Shown here piece after piece: positions 20,506 through 30,700 of a DNA stretch of 64,000 bases. How positions within the stretch are numbered: position 1 is the stretch's first letter; every line of letters starts with the position of its first letter. The position numbers and the translations under genes were made by a program. A model generated the notes under the pieces. That model made no database searches, was not told where the DNA came from, and was given only the letters and a program-made list of their open reading frames with translations. Source of the stretch: a candidate division WWE3 bacterium RIFOXYC1_FULL_40_10 (GTDB lineage: Bacteria; Patescibacteriota; WWE3; UBA101185; UBA10185); assembly GCA_001773215.1 (NCBI GenBank), contig MEWB01000001.1:806099-870098 (forward strand), given 5' to 3'.

Positions 20506-20847
20506 ATGAACCAACCTTCTGGTCCTTTTGATATGCTTAAAGACGTTGTCGGAGAATCGGAAATACCCGCGCCCGGTCATATTACTTCAGTTTGGGATAT
20601 CGCCGCGGCAATCGCAAATTTTATGACTCTTATGGCTGCCGGATTGGCAATCGCCGGATTGGCTTATGCCTTTGTACAGTATGCGACCAGTCAGGGAGAT
20701 CCTAAAGCTGTGGATAGGGCTCAAAAGGCTGTTACAGGGTCTGTGGTGGCCTTCGTTGTCACTTTTTTGCTGTGGTCTATCCGAAGAATAATAATTGGTA
20801 CCTTAACGCAAGAAGGAGTATATATCGGAAATGATCCGGGGATTTAA
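20506..20847 (+). CDS. VirB2/TrbC-like pilin
   Basis: AFVQYATSQGDPKAVDRAQKAVT between two TM helices. Confidence 0.8.
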   Translation: MNQPSGPFDMLKDVVGESEIPAPGHITSVWDIAAAIANFMTLMAAGLAIAGLAYAFVQYATSQGDPKAVDRAQKAVTGSVVAFVVTFLLWSIRRIIIGTLTQEGVYIGNDPGI

Positions 20848-20848
20848 T

Positions 20849-21301
20849 ATGAAGAACATAATAACTTTTTTAGTAACCATAGCTTTTATTTCAACCCTAA
20901 CGGGTTCGTATGCTCAGGCAACTTGGAGAGATTATTGTGAGTTGGAAGCAACTTCCCAAGACCCTCCTCCAGAGGCTATTATATGCCCGATAGGTAAACT
21001 TCTTACTATTGGAGTATATGCTGTGGGGGCAGTTTTTGTAGCTGTTATGGCTTTTGGCGCTTGGAAAATGTCGATGGCTTTGGGAGATGCCCGTGCTTTG
21101 GAGGGGGCTAAGATGACCTGGACTTATGCAGTAATGGGCCTTTTTATTGTATTGGCCTTTTTTGGGTCTTTTTCTATGATATCAGGCATGCTTGGAATTC
21201 GAAGTGATACCTTTATTGCCACTCCGGAAGCTTTGGTAGATAAAATGGCAGAAGGCTTGTCTAATCTTCTGGAAGTAGCTCAAGTAACAACCACTCCGTA
21301 A
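20849..21301 (+). CDS. VirB2/TrbC-like pilin
   Basis: Signal peptide (SYAQA); GAWKMSMALGDARALEGAKMTWTYAVMG; start placed at ATG 20849. Confidence 0.75.
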   Translation: MKNIITFLVTIAFISTLTGSYAQATWRDYCELEATSQDPPPEAIICPIGKLLTIGVYAVGAVFVAVMAFGAWKMSMALGDARALEGAKMTWTYAVMGLFIVLAFFGSFSMISGMLGIRSDTFIATPEALVDKMAEGLSNLLEVAQVTTTP

Positions 21302-21309
21302 GTCTAAAT

Positions 21310-21765
21310 TTATTTATAAAGTCCTCCCTCAAGAAATTCGGTTTCAATCGTGGGCATAATATCGATTTTATTTACACTAATTTCGTAGCTTTTAGTTTTG
21401 GTTAAGGTCACTTTATATGTGTTTTTTCCTACAGGCACGTATTCGGGAGCCACATAAACTACAATTGTTGAGTTTCTATCGATCCTACTGCTAAATTTTA
21501 GAGGGGGCTCTATTGAGACACTTATGTCCTCGTCTTCGATATCTCTGTCTAAATAAAATTTCAAAATGAGAGCGGCTCCCCTATCAAGTTCTATATCTTC
21601 TAATATTTCAGGAGAGGTCTTTAGTACAACAGGGTCTCTTATATTTACCTGTTTATAATTTGGTGTGATGTTTTCTCCTCCAGGGTTTATAAGATTCCAA
21701 AAGTACCAAAATCCCCCGATGATTGCTGTCAATATTATTAGTCTTAATATATTTTTTTTATCCAT
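21310..21765 (-). CDS. Membrane-anchored Ig-like (Big_5-like) hypothetical protein
   Basis: N-terminal TM followed by a beta-rich domain (VLKTSP...ISVSIEPP...NTYKVTL); immediately downstream of the 1525-aa gene. Confidence 0.55.
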   Translation of the reverse strand: MDKKNILRLIILTAIIGGFWYFWNLINPGGENITPNYKQVNIRDPVVLKTSPEILEDIELDRGAALILKFYLDRDIEDEDISVSIEPPLKFSSRIDRNSTIVVYVAPEYVPVGKNTYKVTLTKTKSYEISVNKIDIMPTIETEFLEGGLYK

Positions 21766-21770
21766 ACTTC

Positions 21771-24700
21771 CTACCTTGATGGAGCGATGCAAACGTGTGA
21801 TTCAGGAACCACTTGATCTCCGTCTATTGTTAATTCTACATGAACATGGTCGTATATGGCGCCTGTGGGGTAGGGTGAAAGTACTGTACCTATTTGGTCC
21901 CCAGGTGAAAATGATCCTGATGGACATGAAACCAAATGGGATACCCCCATCTCATATTTTCCTTCATCACCGTCTCCTATAAAACCCGCCATAACACCGG
22001 CAGAGGCGCCTTTATACGTTAAATTCCAACATCTTGACGAATCCCATGTTGTTACGCCCCCAATAGAAGGCGCAATTGCTGTGTAGTCGGATGTGTTAGG
22101 GTGTACATCTACAGCATATCCCCAACCATCTCCAAGAGGGCTTTGATCAGAGCACCAGTTATTAGAGTTATAAGGGCCTTTAATTTTATCCGGCCACTGT
22201 GGTATAGAGTAGGAGCATTCGTAATTACATGAATCCCTGTCAACATGACCGCACCAATAATCATTTGATCCATGGGCGTACATATCTGCCTCATTTCCGG
22301 CATAGGAGTGTCCCCATCCGGCTCTAGTGTAATGCTCTAAAACGCAGGGGTAATCTCCGGTTTCTTCTTCCGCAGGGCAAACCGGATTTCCTGAATCATC
22401 TTGATCACATGCATCTCCTTTTTCAGTGTTCGGGCAACATTGGTCATTGCAGCAAATGCCTTCGCAGTCCTCTTCGCAGGAACCTTCCTCCGGAGGCTCA
22501 GCCACCTTACAGACCTTGTCAGGTGCACATGTGGCCTCCTCATCGCAGCATATTGGGTTGCTGGCACAGCTTTGTCCCGTTGGAATACACTTTTCTTTCA
22601 TTGGAGGATAAATGCTAAAAGTAGCGTGAGCTTCTCCTTGTACACTCGGTATTGGGGGGTCTTCCGATGTTCCCGGAATATCTATTGTGGCAGTCGCTAC
22701 TATTCTGGAATTCATTTTTCCTAGCGCTTTTTTTCCATTGTTTGCCGGCATTTTAATTGGCGTCTCCGAATTGGTTGCAAATGCCGACGTGCTAATGCCT
22801 CCTCCGTCTGTATACACAACGCTTACATCGCCATTCAGATCTATCTGTTCTACAACCAAAGTGTATCCTGCGGAACCCTTTATTCGGGTTAAATCGATTT
22901 TTGGTTCAACGACTAACTCATACCTAGCCTCAGTTCCCTCACTTGTATATGGTTCGGGGGGGTTAGTAATATCCACGCCGTTATGGGTTACTATCACGTC
23001 TAGTCGAACATCAGCTACTTGTGTGATTGAGCCGGTAGCTGCATCGAGTACGGAAGAGTCGGAGTTTGAGGCTAGTTGTTTGTTTGCATCCGCATACCGT
23101 ATTTCGTTAATTAAGACACCTTCTTGGTCTTCCGCTAAATTAGAAAACCATTTAGTAGGATCAAGCGGTGACAGTGCTGACCCTATAATAGTTTGAAGAA
23201 GAATCACAAACAACGCCATTGGAGCCATAATTAAAAGAGTTATATACGAAAGGGTTTTAATTATTTGTTGAATTTGTTTATCTACTGCTCTGAAAGCTTT
23301 TGTGAGGTCGCCTGTAGCGATACCCGAAATCAAATCCTTGCCAAACACAAGAGTTTTCTTAAAAAGTATTCGCAGGATCGGAACTAAAAATTTTTCTACC
23401 AGCGGAGCTAAAAAGGCCCCAATACCCCCGGTTAAAGCCCCCAATCCAAACTTTAACCCAAGCTTAAGCAAAAGCTTACTCAGCATGTTCTTAATTGCAG
23501 TTGATAATCCTCTAAATGCGGCACCGAAAACCTTGGTTAGACCCTCGAAACCCAATTCCTGTAAGCGGTCCTGCCACCCGGGGATCATCATTAGCCACTT
23601 TCCTATCGCGTACCTTTTCCCCCCAATTACTACGCCAAAATTTTTTATAGCCGTTTGAACCTGGTTAAGTTTTGACCAAACTCTCTGAAGGTGTCCTATA
23701 TATTTTGTTGTTATTTTGAAGGTATCCGGATTGGCATTCTCCCTTTTTAAGGCATAATAGAGAGCAAGCATAAAACCTTCGCTATCTAAATCCGCACCAT
23801 TAAACTTATTTAAGCCCCGTAAATAATCCTTAAATTCTTTCAGTTGCTTGTCAAAATATGCGCCGTCTTCAGCTGATAGTTTTATTCCCAAAGCTTGAAA
23901 TATAGCCAAGCGGGTAGCATTGTCTGAAAACTTGGCTTTTTCTGCCAACAAAGACGCCAAAAGCTTTGGATCCAAGTGCATCAAGTCCCCCATTAAGTGT
24001 GTAGCATTAGATGTTCTCGCAGCATCTCCGCTTCCGACGACAAATTCGAAAATTTTATCTCCAAGCATTCCGTTCGCGGTGATATTTACGCCATTTACAA
24101 GCCTTAAAGCTTCTTGCCTATTCTTTTCAAGTTTTGCATAAATTGTAGAGTTTAATCTTTTTAGGTAATCTTCTTCCGATTCGTTTTTTAGCTTTTCTAA
24201 TACCAACTTTGATCTTACGCGTTTATAATATTCGGCATCCTCTTCCCATCGCCACTCTTTTGTCAACGGATCCTTTACCCTGACCTTAGCCAAGGTTCCC
24301 TTTGCGGCCTTATTTCGGTAACTTAAATTTATTCCATGCGATAAATCCGCGTTTCCCAGCTTAACATCGAATTTGTACTGGTGCCCAGAGCCCAAATTAT
24401 CAGTGTTTTCCCTTTCGTCTACTATCAGGCCAAAATAGTGAGTTCTTTTAAGGGTTCTATCAATTATTGTTCCTGTAGTGACCTTGTCGACCCATGGTTT
24501 AAGAACTTTATTGTATAGATGTCTCTGTACCAGTTTTCCCTCGGCCAAATCGTCTATTAACTGTTCACAATCGCGCTGTATACGCTCTGTTTGCTCTCCC
24601 CTAAGTAAAGCCATAACCTTTTTGGATCTGGTTCCATCGGCTTCTTGCAAAATATCCGCCATTCCTCTCGCACCCCTTTTTGAGTAAATTAGGCCGTTTT

Positions 24701-26348
24701 CTATTCTTAAGTCAAACTCTCTTTTTAGATTAGGCCCCAAGAATTCATCCCCGCCTTCAAGTTTTCTTCCGCGGTAGGTTACGTTATCGATCAAAGCGTG
24801 TTGAACTCTCGCTGCGCTTCTTACATCGGCGCCTTTTATGGAAGCCCCAATGTCTTGGTATACTCCTGTTACTTTCTTTTTGTTGTCCGAAACTATACTT
24901 CCGGCAGAATCCCTCTCTACAAACCGGGTTAAGTTACTTCTTACACCATCTACTTTTTTGTCTAGTTTCTCAACATATCCTTCCAGATTTGACAAGTAAC
25001 CATTATGCTTATTGGTTACAGCCCTTAGTTCGGCTATTCTGGCTCTCACATCGGCTGTTCTTTCTTGGACTTGTTCCAGAGTTCCCGATCCGCATCTCAA
25101 AATCTTATCCCCCTCTATCTTGACGCCAATTTCCTGATCGGTGACAGTTGCCCACTTTGTAGGATCGGGTGCTCTCCCCTCAGCTTTAGCTTTATTAAGT
25201 TCTGCTTTTTGTTTCTCCCCTAATACTCGTATTCTGATGTTTTCAATATTCTGCAGTGTTTTGTCTCTAAGCTCATCCGACATTACTTCATCAGGATTCA
25301 CAATCCAGTCGTTTTTGGTTTTTAGTAAGTTTGCGATGGGAGCGGAGGCGTCTGCTTGGCTATAGATACCCAAAAATCCCTTTTGTAGTCCATGTTCCCC
25401 TCTTGCCTCTTCAAGAGCGGCCAGGGATTTTGATAGTGCCAATTCTTTTTGAAATACGGCAAATTGAGTTTGATCATGGGCACTTGAACCTGCTAATACA
25501 CTCGAGAGTTCTTGTTCTATAGCGTCAAAAGAAGCTACTCTAACTTTGTCCTGTGCCATTCCTCTGGTAAATTTTACTTTCTCAAAGGCTTCAAGATTTA
25601 TCATCTTGGCGGCCACATCTCCAAAGGCGGCATCCAGTTCCAAATCCCTGCTTCTTTGGATCGGATCACTGGACTTTCCCAAATACAAAGGGTTAGCTGT
25701 TCCGGCAGGTTCTCCAAGAGCCCTGCCTCCCTTCGAGCGGGCTTCCGCGATTGCTCTTTCAATTCCAGACATCGAGTGCTCTTTGCCTTCGTCATCTACC
25801 CAAGAAACGTATTCGTTTTTTAGTAGGGTTTCTTCCCACGCATCCTTGCTGTATTTGGTGGCAAAATCTCCAAAGTTGCTTTTAGCTAAATCTTTCACAT
25901 CCACACCTGTTCCTGCTTTCACCCAGTCGTTAAGGGTGTTCTTTACCTGAGTCTTGAAATTTTCACTAACAGTTCCTTTGCCGGAAACCCAGTCCAGTGG
26001 ATTTAACGAAAGGTTCACACCAAATGCTCCCGGAAGTTCACCGTAGTCATAATCGTAGAATTCACCAATATCCGAATTTACAGGTTTAATAGTTGCTTTG
26101 AGTTTGTTTTTAAAGTCATTAATTATTTCATCCCTAATCTGCCCGGGAAGTCCCTCTATGTCAAAAGCCATATCATCTATTGCTTGTGTAAAATCTGCAA
26201 AAGGGTACTCGATAGGTTTTACATAATCTCTGGGTTGAAACGGTTTTGGTTCTTTTTCTCCTTGGTAATAACCGGGGTAAAAGGGACTCATACCGGTTTT
26301 ATCGGCGGGTTCCGGTATATATCCTGCATAAAAGGGGTTTACTGCCAT
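21771..26348 (-). CDS. Giant membrane protein with Gly-rich TM region, Cys-rich linker and C-terminal M23-like peptidase domain
   Basis: 1525 aa; GLGALTGGIGAFLAPL and TM segments; Cys cluster; C-terminal YAVDV...SHL...GDQIG...DHVHVEL. Confidence 0.7.
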   Translation of the reverse strand: MAVNPFYAGYIPEPADKTGMSPFYPGYYQGEKEPKPFQPRDYVKPIEYPFADFTQAIDDMAFDIEGLPGQIRDEIINDFKNKLKATIKPVNSDIGEFYDYDYGELPGAFGVNLSLNPLDWVSGKGTVSENFKTQVKNTLNDWVKAGTGVDVKDLAKSNFGDFATKYSKDAWEETLLKNEYVSWVDDEGKEHSMSGIERAIAEARSKGGRALGEPAGTANPLYLGKSSDPIQRSRDLELDAAFGDVAAKMINLEAFEKVKFTRGMAQDKVRVASFDAIEQELSSVLAGSSAHDQTQFAVFQKELALSKSLAALEEARGEHGLQKGFLGIYSQADASAPIANLLKTKNDWIVNPDEVMSDELRDKTLQNIENIRIRVLGEKQKAELNKAKAEGRAPDPTKWATVTDQEIGVKIEGDKILRCGSGTLEQVQERTADVRARIAELRAVTNKHNGYLSNLEGYVEKLDKKVDGVRSNLTRFVERDSAGSIVSDNKKKVTGVYQDIGASIKGADVRSAARVQHALIDNVTYRGRKLEGGDEFLGPNLKREFDLRIENGLIYSKRGARGMADILQEADGTRSKKVMALLRGEQTERIQRDCEQLIDDLAEGKLVQRHLYNKVLKPWVDKVTTGTIIDRTLKRTHYFGLIVDERENTDNLGSGHQYKFDVKLGNADLSHGINLSYRNKAAKGTLAKVRVKDPLTKEWRWEEDAEYYKRVRSKLVLEKLKNESEEDYLKRLNSTIYAKLEKNRQEALRLVNGVNITANGMLGDKIFEFVVGSGDAARTSNATHLMGDLMHLDPKLLASLLAEKAKFSDNATRLAIFQALGIKLSAEDGAYFDKQLKEFKDYLRGLNKFNGADLDSEGFMLALYYALKRENANPDTFKITTKYIGHLQRVWSKLNQVQTAIKNFGVVIGGKRYAIGKWLMMIPGWQDRLQELGFEGLTKVFGAAFRGLSTAIKNMLSKLLLKLGLKFGLGALTGGIGAFLAPLVEKFLVPILRILFKKTLVFGKDLISGIATGDLTKAFRAVDKQIQQIIKTLSYITLLIMAPMALFVILLQTIIGSALSPLDPTKWFSNLAEDQEGVLINEIRYADANKQLASNSDSSVLDAATGSITQVADVRLDVIVTHNGVDITNPPEPYTSEGTEARYELVVEPKIDLTRIKGSAGYTLVVEQIDLNGDVSVVYTDGGGISTSAFATNSETPIKMPANNGKKALGKMNSRIVATATIDIPGTSEDPPIPSVQGEAHATFSIYPPMKEKCIPTGQSCASNPICCDEEATCAPDKVCKVAEPPEEGSCEEDCEGICCNDQCCPNTEKGDACDQDDSGNPVCPAEEETGDYPCVLEHYTRAGWGHSYAGNEADMYAHGSNDYWCGHVDRDSCNYECSYSIPQWPDKIKGPYNSNNWCSDQSPLGDGWGYAVDVHPNTSDYTAIAPSIGGVTTWDSSRCWNLTYKGASAGVMAGFIGDGDEGKYEMGVSHLVSCPSGSFSPGDQIGTVLSPYPTGAIYDHVHVELTIDGDQVVPESHVCIAPSR

Positions 26349-26405
26349 ACTTAGTTATTCTATAATAATTATGTTGTAATTGTACCTCATTTTAAGGGTT
26401 AATTT

Positions 26406-27734
26406 ATGAGTTTTTTTAGAAGACTGCCTTACATTTTTAGCTTGTTATTAATACTAGCTCCTGTGTTGTCGACCCCGGTACTCGCTGCAAAATGCGACTT
26501 GCCTCAATGCGAACTAGAAAAAAAATCATCAAGATTTAGAATTTCCAAGTTTGGTATTAACCTACCAAACATGATAGGACAGGCAATCGAATCAATTCCC
26601 GAGGTACTTTTCGATGCTATATCCGGCAGGACTCTTACCGAGGTTGTTCAGTGTGAGGATAAACTCAGGGCCAAGGTAGGACTAACTGGAGATGTAGGGT
26701 GGGATCCTGCCTTTGGTTCTTCAGAGGAGGTTTGTAAAGCAGTGGCAGGAGAGATAGCGTTTTTCGGTGGTTTTGGGACAAGCCCTATTCCCGGAAGTGC
26801 CCTAGGCATGGCATATGGTTTAGAGCATGGTTTAAAATCCACTCCCCCTCCGGTTAACCTTGCTTATTTTTGGAATCGCACCATAGAGGACCTTCCGATA
26901 GCTAACAAGGCATTAGCGGCCGATGTGCAGTACAATTCACCTCTCCTAGATGTTTTTTACTCGTTATGGCAATTATCCCGAAATGTATCCCTGGCTCTTA
27001 TGTCGGTAATATTGCTTGTAATAGGCATAATGATCATTTTACGAAAAAAAGTGAACCAGCAGGCTGTTGTTACAATTCAGTATGCCATTCCAAGGATAGT
27101 AGTGTCATTTATATTAATACTGTTTAGCTATCCCATAGGTGGTATTATGGCAAGTTTAGGGTGGAATTTGTTTTCCAATGCATGGAGGATAGTATTCGAG
27201 TTTATGGGGGATAATATCTCCGCCCCTGTTGATGCGACAGGGAAAATTATGGGTTTTTCGGGGGCTTTTTCCCTCCTTGCCATTGTGGTATCTGGCGTTT
27301 TGTTCTTTAGCGGAGCAGGAGTGGTCTTGCTTACGTTTGCTATAGGATTACTAATAGTTCTTATTCTGATGTTTGTGTATCTTAGCGTTAAAGCATTTCT
27401 AATCTATTTAAAACTCATCATGTCGATAATGTCTGCACCTATAGAGTTTGTTATAGCCGCAATACCAGGCAGTGAAACCAGAATATCCGCTTGGTTCAAA
27501 CGTATGGCCATCTATGTACTTACTCTGTTTGGGATGGGGGCAATGGTTCCTATAGGAATTCTGGTTAGTTTCAAACTGCTGGAAGGTTCTGTAAACGCCA
27601 ATCAGCTGGGGTGGGGCTACCTAATAGGCATGTTCGGCCCTGTGTTTGCTATTCTTTACTGCTTTGGTGCTGCAATTAGAATGGAAACAACAATAACTAA
27701 GTTTATCGATCCTGACTCACTAAAGAAGAGATAG
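26406..27734 (+). CDS. VirB6/TrbL-like polytopic membrane protein
   Basis: Signal peptide; W..SRN...IQYAIPRIVVSFILILFSYPI and IMSAPIEFVIAAIPG..WFK, typical of CPR VirB6-like proteins. Confidence 0.7.
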   Translation: MSFFRRLPYIFSLLLILAPVLSTPVLAAKCDLPQCELEKKSSRFRISKFGINLPNMIGQAIESIPEVLFDAISGRTLTEVVQCEDKLRAKVGLTGDVGWDPAFGSSEEVCKAVAGEIAFFGGFGTSPIPGSALGMAYGLEHGLKSTPPPVNLAYFWNRTIEDLPIANKALAADVQYNSPLLDVFYSLWQLSRNVSLALMSVILLVIGIMIILRKKVNQQAVVTIQYAIPRIVVSFILILFSYPIGGIMASLGWNLFSNAWRIVFEFMGDNISAPVDATGKIMGFSGAFSLLAIVVSGVLFFSGAGVVLLTFAIGLLIVLILMFVYLSVKAFLIYLKLIMSIMSAPIEFVIAAIPGSETRISAWFKRMAIYVLTLFGMGAMVPIGILVSFKLLEGSVNANQLGWGYLIGMFGPVFAILYCFGAAIRMETTITKFIDPDSLKKR

Positions 27735-27737
27735 AGC

Positions 27738-30700
27738 TTATTTACAAGCGTTTAGTATCTCGCTTATTTTGCCCCCTGCTGCGTAAACAGCATAATCCGG
27801 GTTGCCGCTATTGTATTCACCCTCAAGGTATACCGGCCAATAATTAAGTGATTTCATGGCTCCTGCCGTTATTTCCCAAGAACCGGGACCCATTCCCATC
27901 CAACTATCGTAATTGCAGGTGTTAGGTGCATCTCCCATCACCTGCTCACTAGCGTATCTTTCTGCAAAGTTTCTGATACCTGCCGCTGTAACATATGCAG
28001 AGTCTAGGAAGTTGCATCTGTGTGCCGTTTCTCCTCTTCCCATAGAAACCGTGTTTAATGCATCATAGGCTGTTCCGAAGGTATTTCCGGGGTCATTGCG
28101 CGTTTTAATATTTTCAAAGGCAGGCCCTGTTAGATAAAAAGGACCTTGTTCATTATAGTTTAGATCGTTACAGTAATAAGTTTTTCCGTTGCGTGTTTTC
28201 ACGTATTTGTCTAAGCTCGACCACCAGGGAGTTGTTCCAACCTGAATCGAGCTTAAACTCCAAATCAGATTTTGCTCTTCTCTACTGATATTGCTGGCAA
28301 GGCTGATACGGCTTTCCGGTTTTGATATGTCTCCCTGTTTCCAGTAGTCCGCAAAGTCGTTCAACCCTCCGGTTATCTTCATCTGTGCCAATAACAGCGA
28401 TGCAGGAACCTGGAAAGCGTTTGCTGCCCCTTGAAGAACTTTTACAAAAGTTGGGGAAAACGTGTAGGTAGCAGGATCTACACCTAATGCCGTTTTGCAG
28501 GCTGCTGTGTTTAAAGCTGAAAGTCCACATCCCGGAACGAGTTTGTCCAGATCAGCCTCTGCAGGATTAGGGACATCTTTAAGTGAGCAATCCCATCCAT
28601 AATCAAGAGTGTTGGTAGAACAAACATTTGGAGTAGGATATTCGATATCAGGTGCGTATCTTCCGTCTGTCGCGTATTCCTGCATTTCCTGGTATTTAAC
28701 TCCTGATCCGGGGGCCTTATCCTTTTCAACACCAATTGGTGTAGTTCTCTGCTCTGTTCCTGCTACATCTTCCGCGGTAGACATTGCAGGTATATTAAAT
28801 CCCCCTGCAACCATAGTTACGTCGATGGGCATACAATAACTTGGGTCGTCACTCACCGGGCAGTACTCACCTACTTCTCCAATAGATCTCGGGTTTTTCA
28901 ATGCCAGGTACTCGGCTCCAAGCATGGACTCTGTGTAAGGGTAGTCATCCGGTTCTTCTTCTGTCTCTGTAGCGTCCGATGCCTGCTCATTTTCTGCATT
29001 TTGTCTTTGTGGCACAATATCCATAGTAGCCATCATTTCGGCCGAGCCATCACACTCTTTAAATTTGCCCTGTGCCCCAAACGGCCCTGCTACTTGAACG
29101 GTGCAATAAACTTCATCTGATACATACCAGGCGTTAGGACACTGATACTGTTTCCCGGGTTCCGAGTTACCGTTCTTATCTTCGCACTCGCCTGTTGCAC
29201 AGCATTCATTTGTCCCTGCCAAGCAGTTTTGCGGCGAGGGGGTATCACCTTTACAGGTGCTGGCGCATATATTGCCGGGATCTCCACTTCCGCAGCCACT
29301 TTCACAGCAAACACTCACGTTTTCGTTACCCTCACCATTTACCGGACAACACGTGTGATCACATTCCTTATCGCAACTTTTTCCCTCCGGAGCTTTATCT
29401 ATTAGAGTTGTTTTTTGTTTCCAGGCACAATACACCCATTCGAATTTATTGCAGCTGCTTTCGTTTACACCGTCCCCTGGCTTTTTACAGTCAACCGGTC
29501 TGCAAGTCCTGCTTATAGGTACATTGGGTCCCATTTTCTCTCCATTGATTGTAACTTCTCTTCCTATGTTTATGTCCTCCGTGAAAGGCAGTTTTTTATC
29601 ATCCTCATCAGAGCCCGCGTCCTCATCCCCGCAGTATTCATTCATTGGTATTACCGTCCCAAACTTTTCTGCCACTTTTGAGCTATGGTCTTCTCCTCTA
29701 GGTTTGTTGCTGTTATCTCCGAGCCCATTTCCCCAAGGATAACAGTAATTTTCTCCCCAAGGGGATACGACCCTATCATCTTTAATTTGTGTTTTAAAGG
29801 TAGAGTCATTGGCGGGTAACGGAAAGAATTTAGCAAAACTTTCCTCAGTTACAGCTTCATAAACACTTCCCCCATCCTCAGTTTCTATGTGATTGTAGTT
29901 GACAATAAAGTTATCCATTGGTTCAGGACGTAACTCAGCAATTGTCCCGCCTCTGTCGAAGAAGTTCTTGTATTTGGCTGTTTTACCTTGTAACAAAAGG
30001 AGAAACTGTTCAATAACGGTAAATCCGCTTACCTTTATTTCTCCACTACCTGCAGAAGCATTCATTACTGCATCATACAGATGCGTTCCTGCGCTTTTAG
30101 CCTTTTCTAGTAAGTCCCCATCCAGTTCAAGAAGCTTTTCAGATCTATTAATTGCTGCGGTGGTGTATCTGATATCCGAGGTTCCCATCGAGGCGGGGTC
30201 AGTTGGAGGTGCAGGGGTATTCGCTTGAGGATTTTGCAAATAGTGATGTTCGTCCAGTTGTACTACACCTGTTTCATCATCTATATATTCATTTGATCTA
30301 TAAAATTCCAATTCGTTATCCTTACTTATAATTATCGAATTAATCTTATCCTTTAAATTGTTAGCATTAGAAAGCATGCAGTAGGTTTGAATTTCGCCTC
30401 CAAACTTAACCAGGGGATAATCTTCTCTATATAGTAAGTCTGTGAATGCGGGGTCGTCTTTTACACCAAAGCCCATGGTGGTGGTGTCGGTAAACTTGGG
30501 ATCTATCGGATAGCTTTCCTGGGATACAGTAAGCCCTTCTGCGTCGGAGATATCTTTTATATTTGATGAAATTTGTGCCCCAAAAGTTACCGAGCCCTTT
30601 CCTTCTTCTGGGTTTGAAGCGGGGTCGTTTTTGTAGCCACCAAAAACAATAGCATTGCCGCTTTTTAAGGGATCTTGGCTTTCCATTAGGGCACCTAGCG

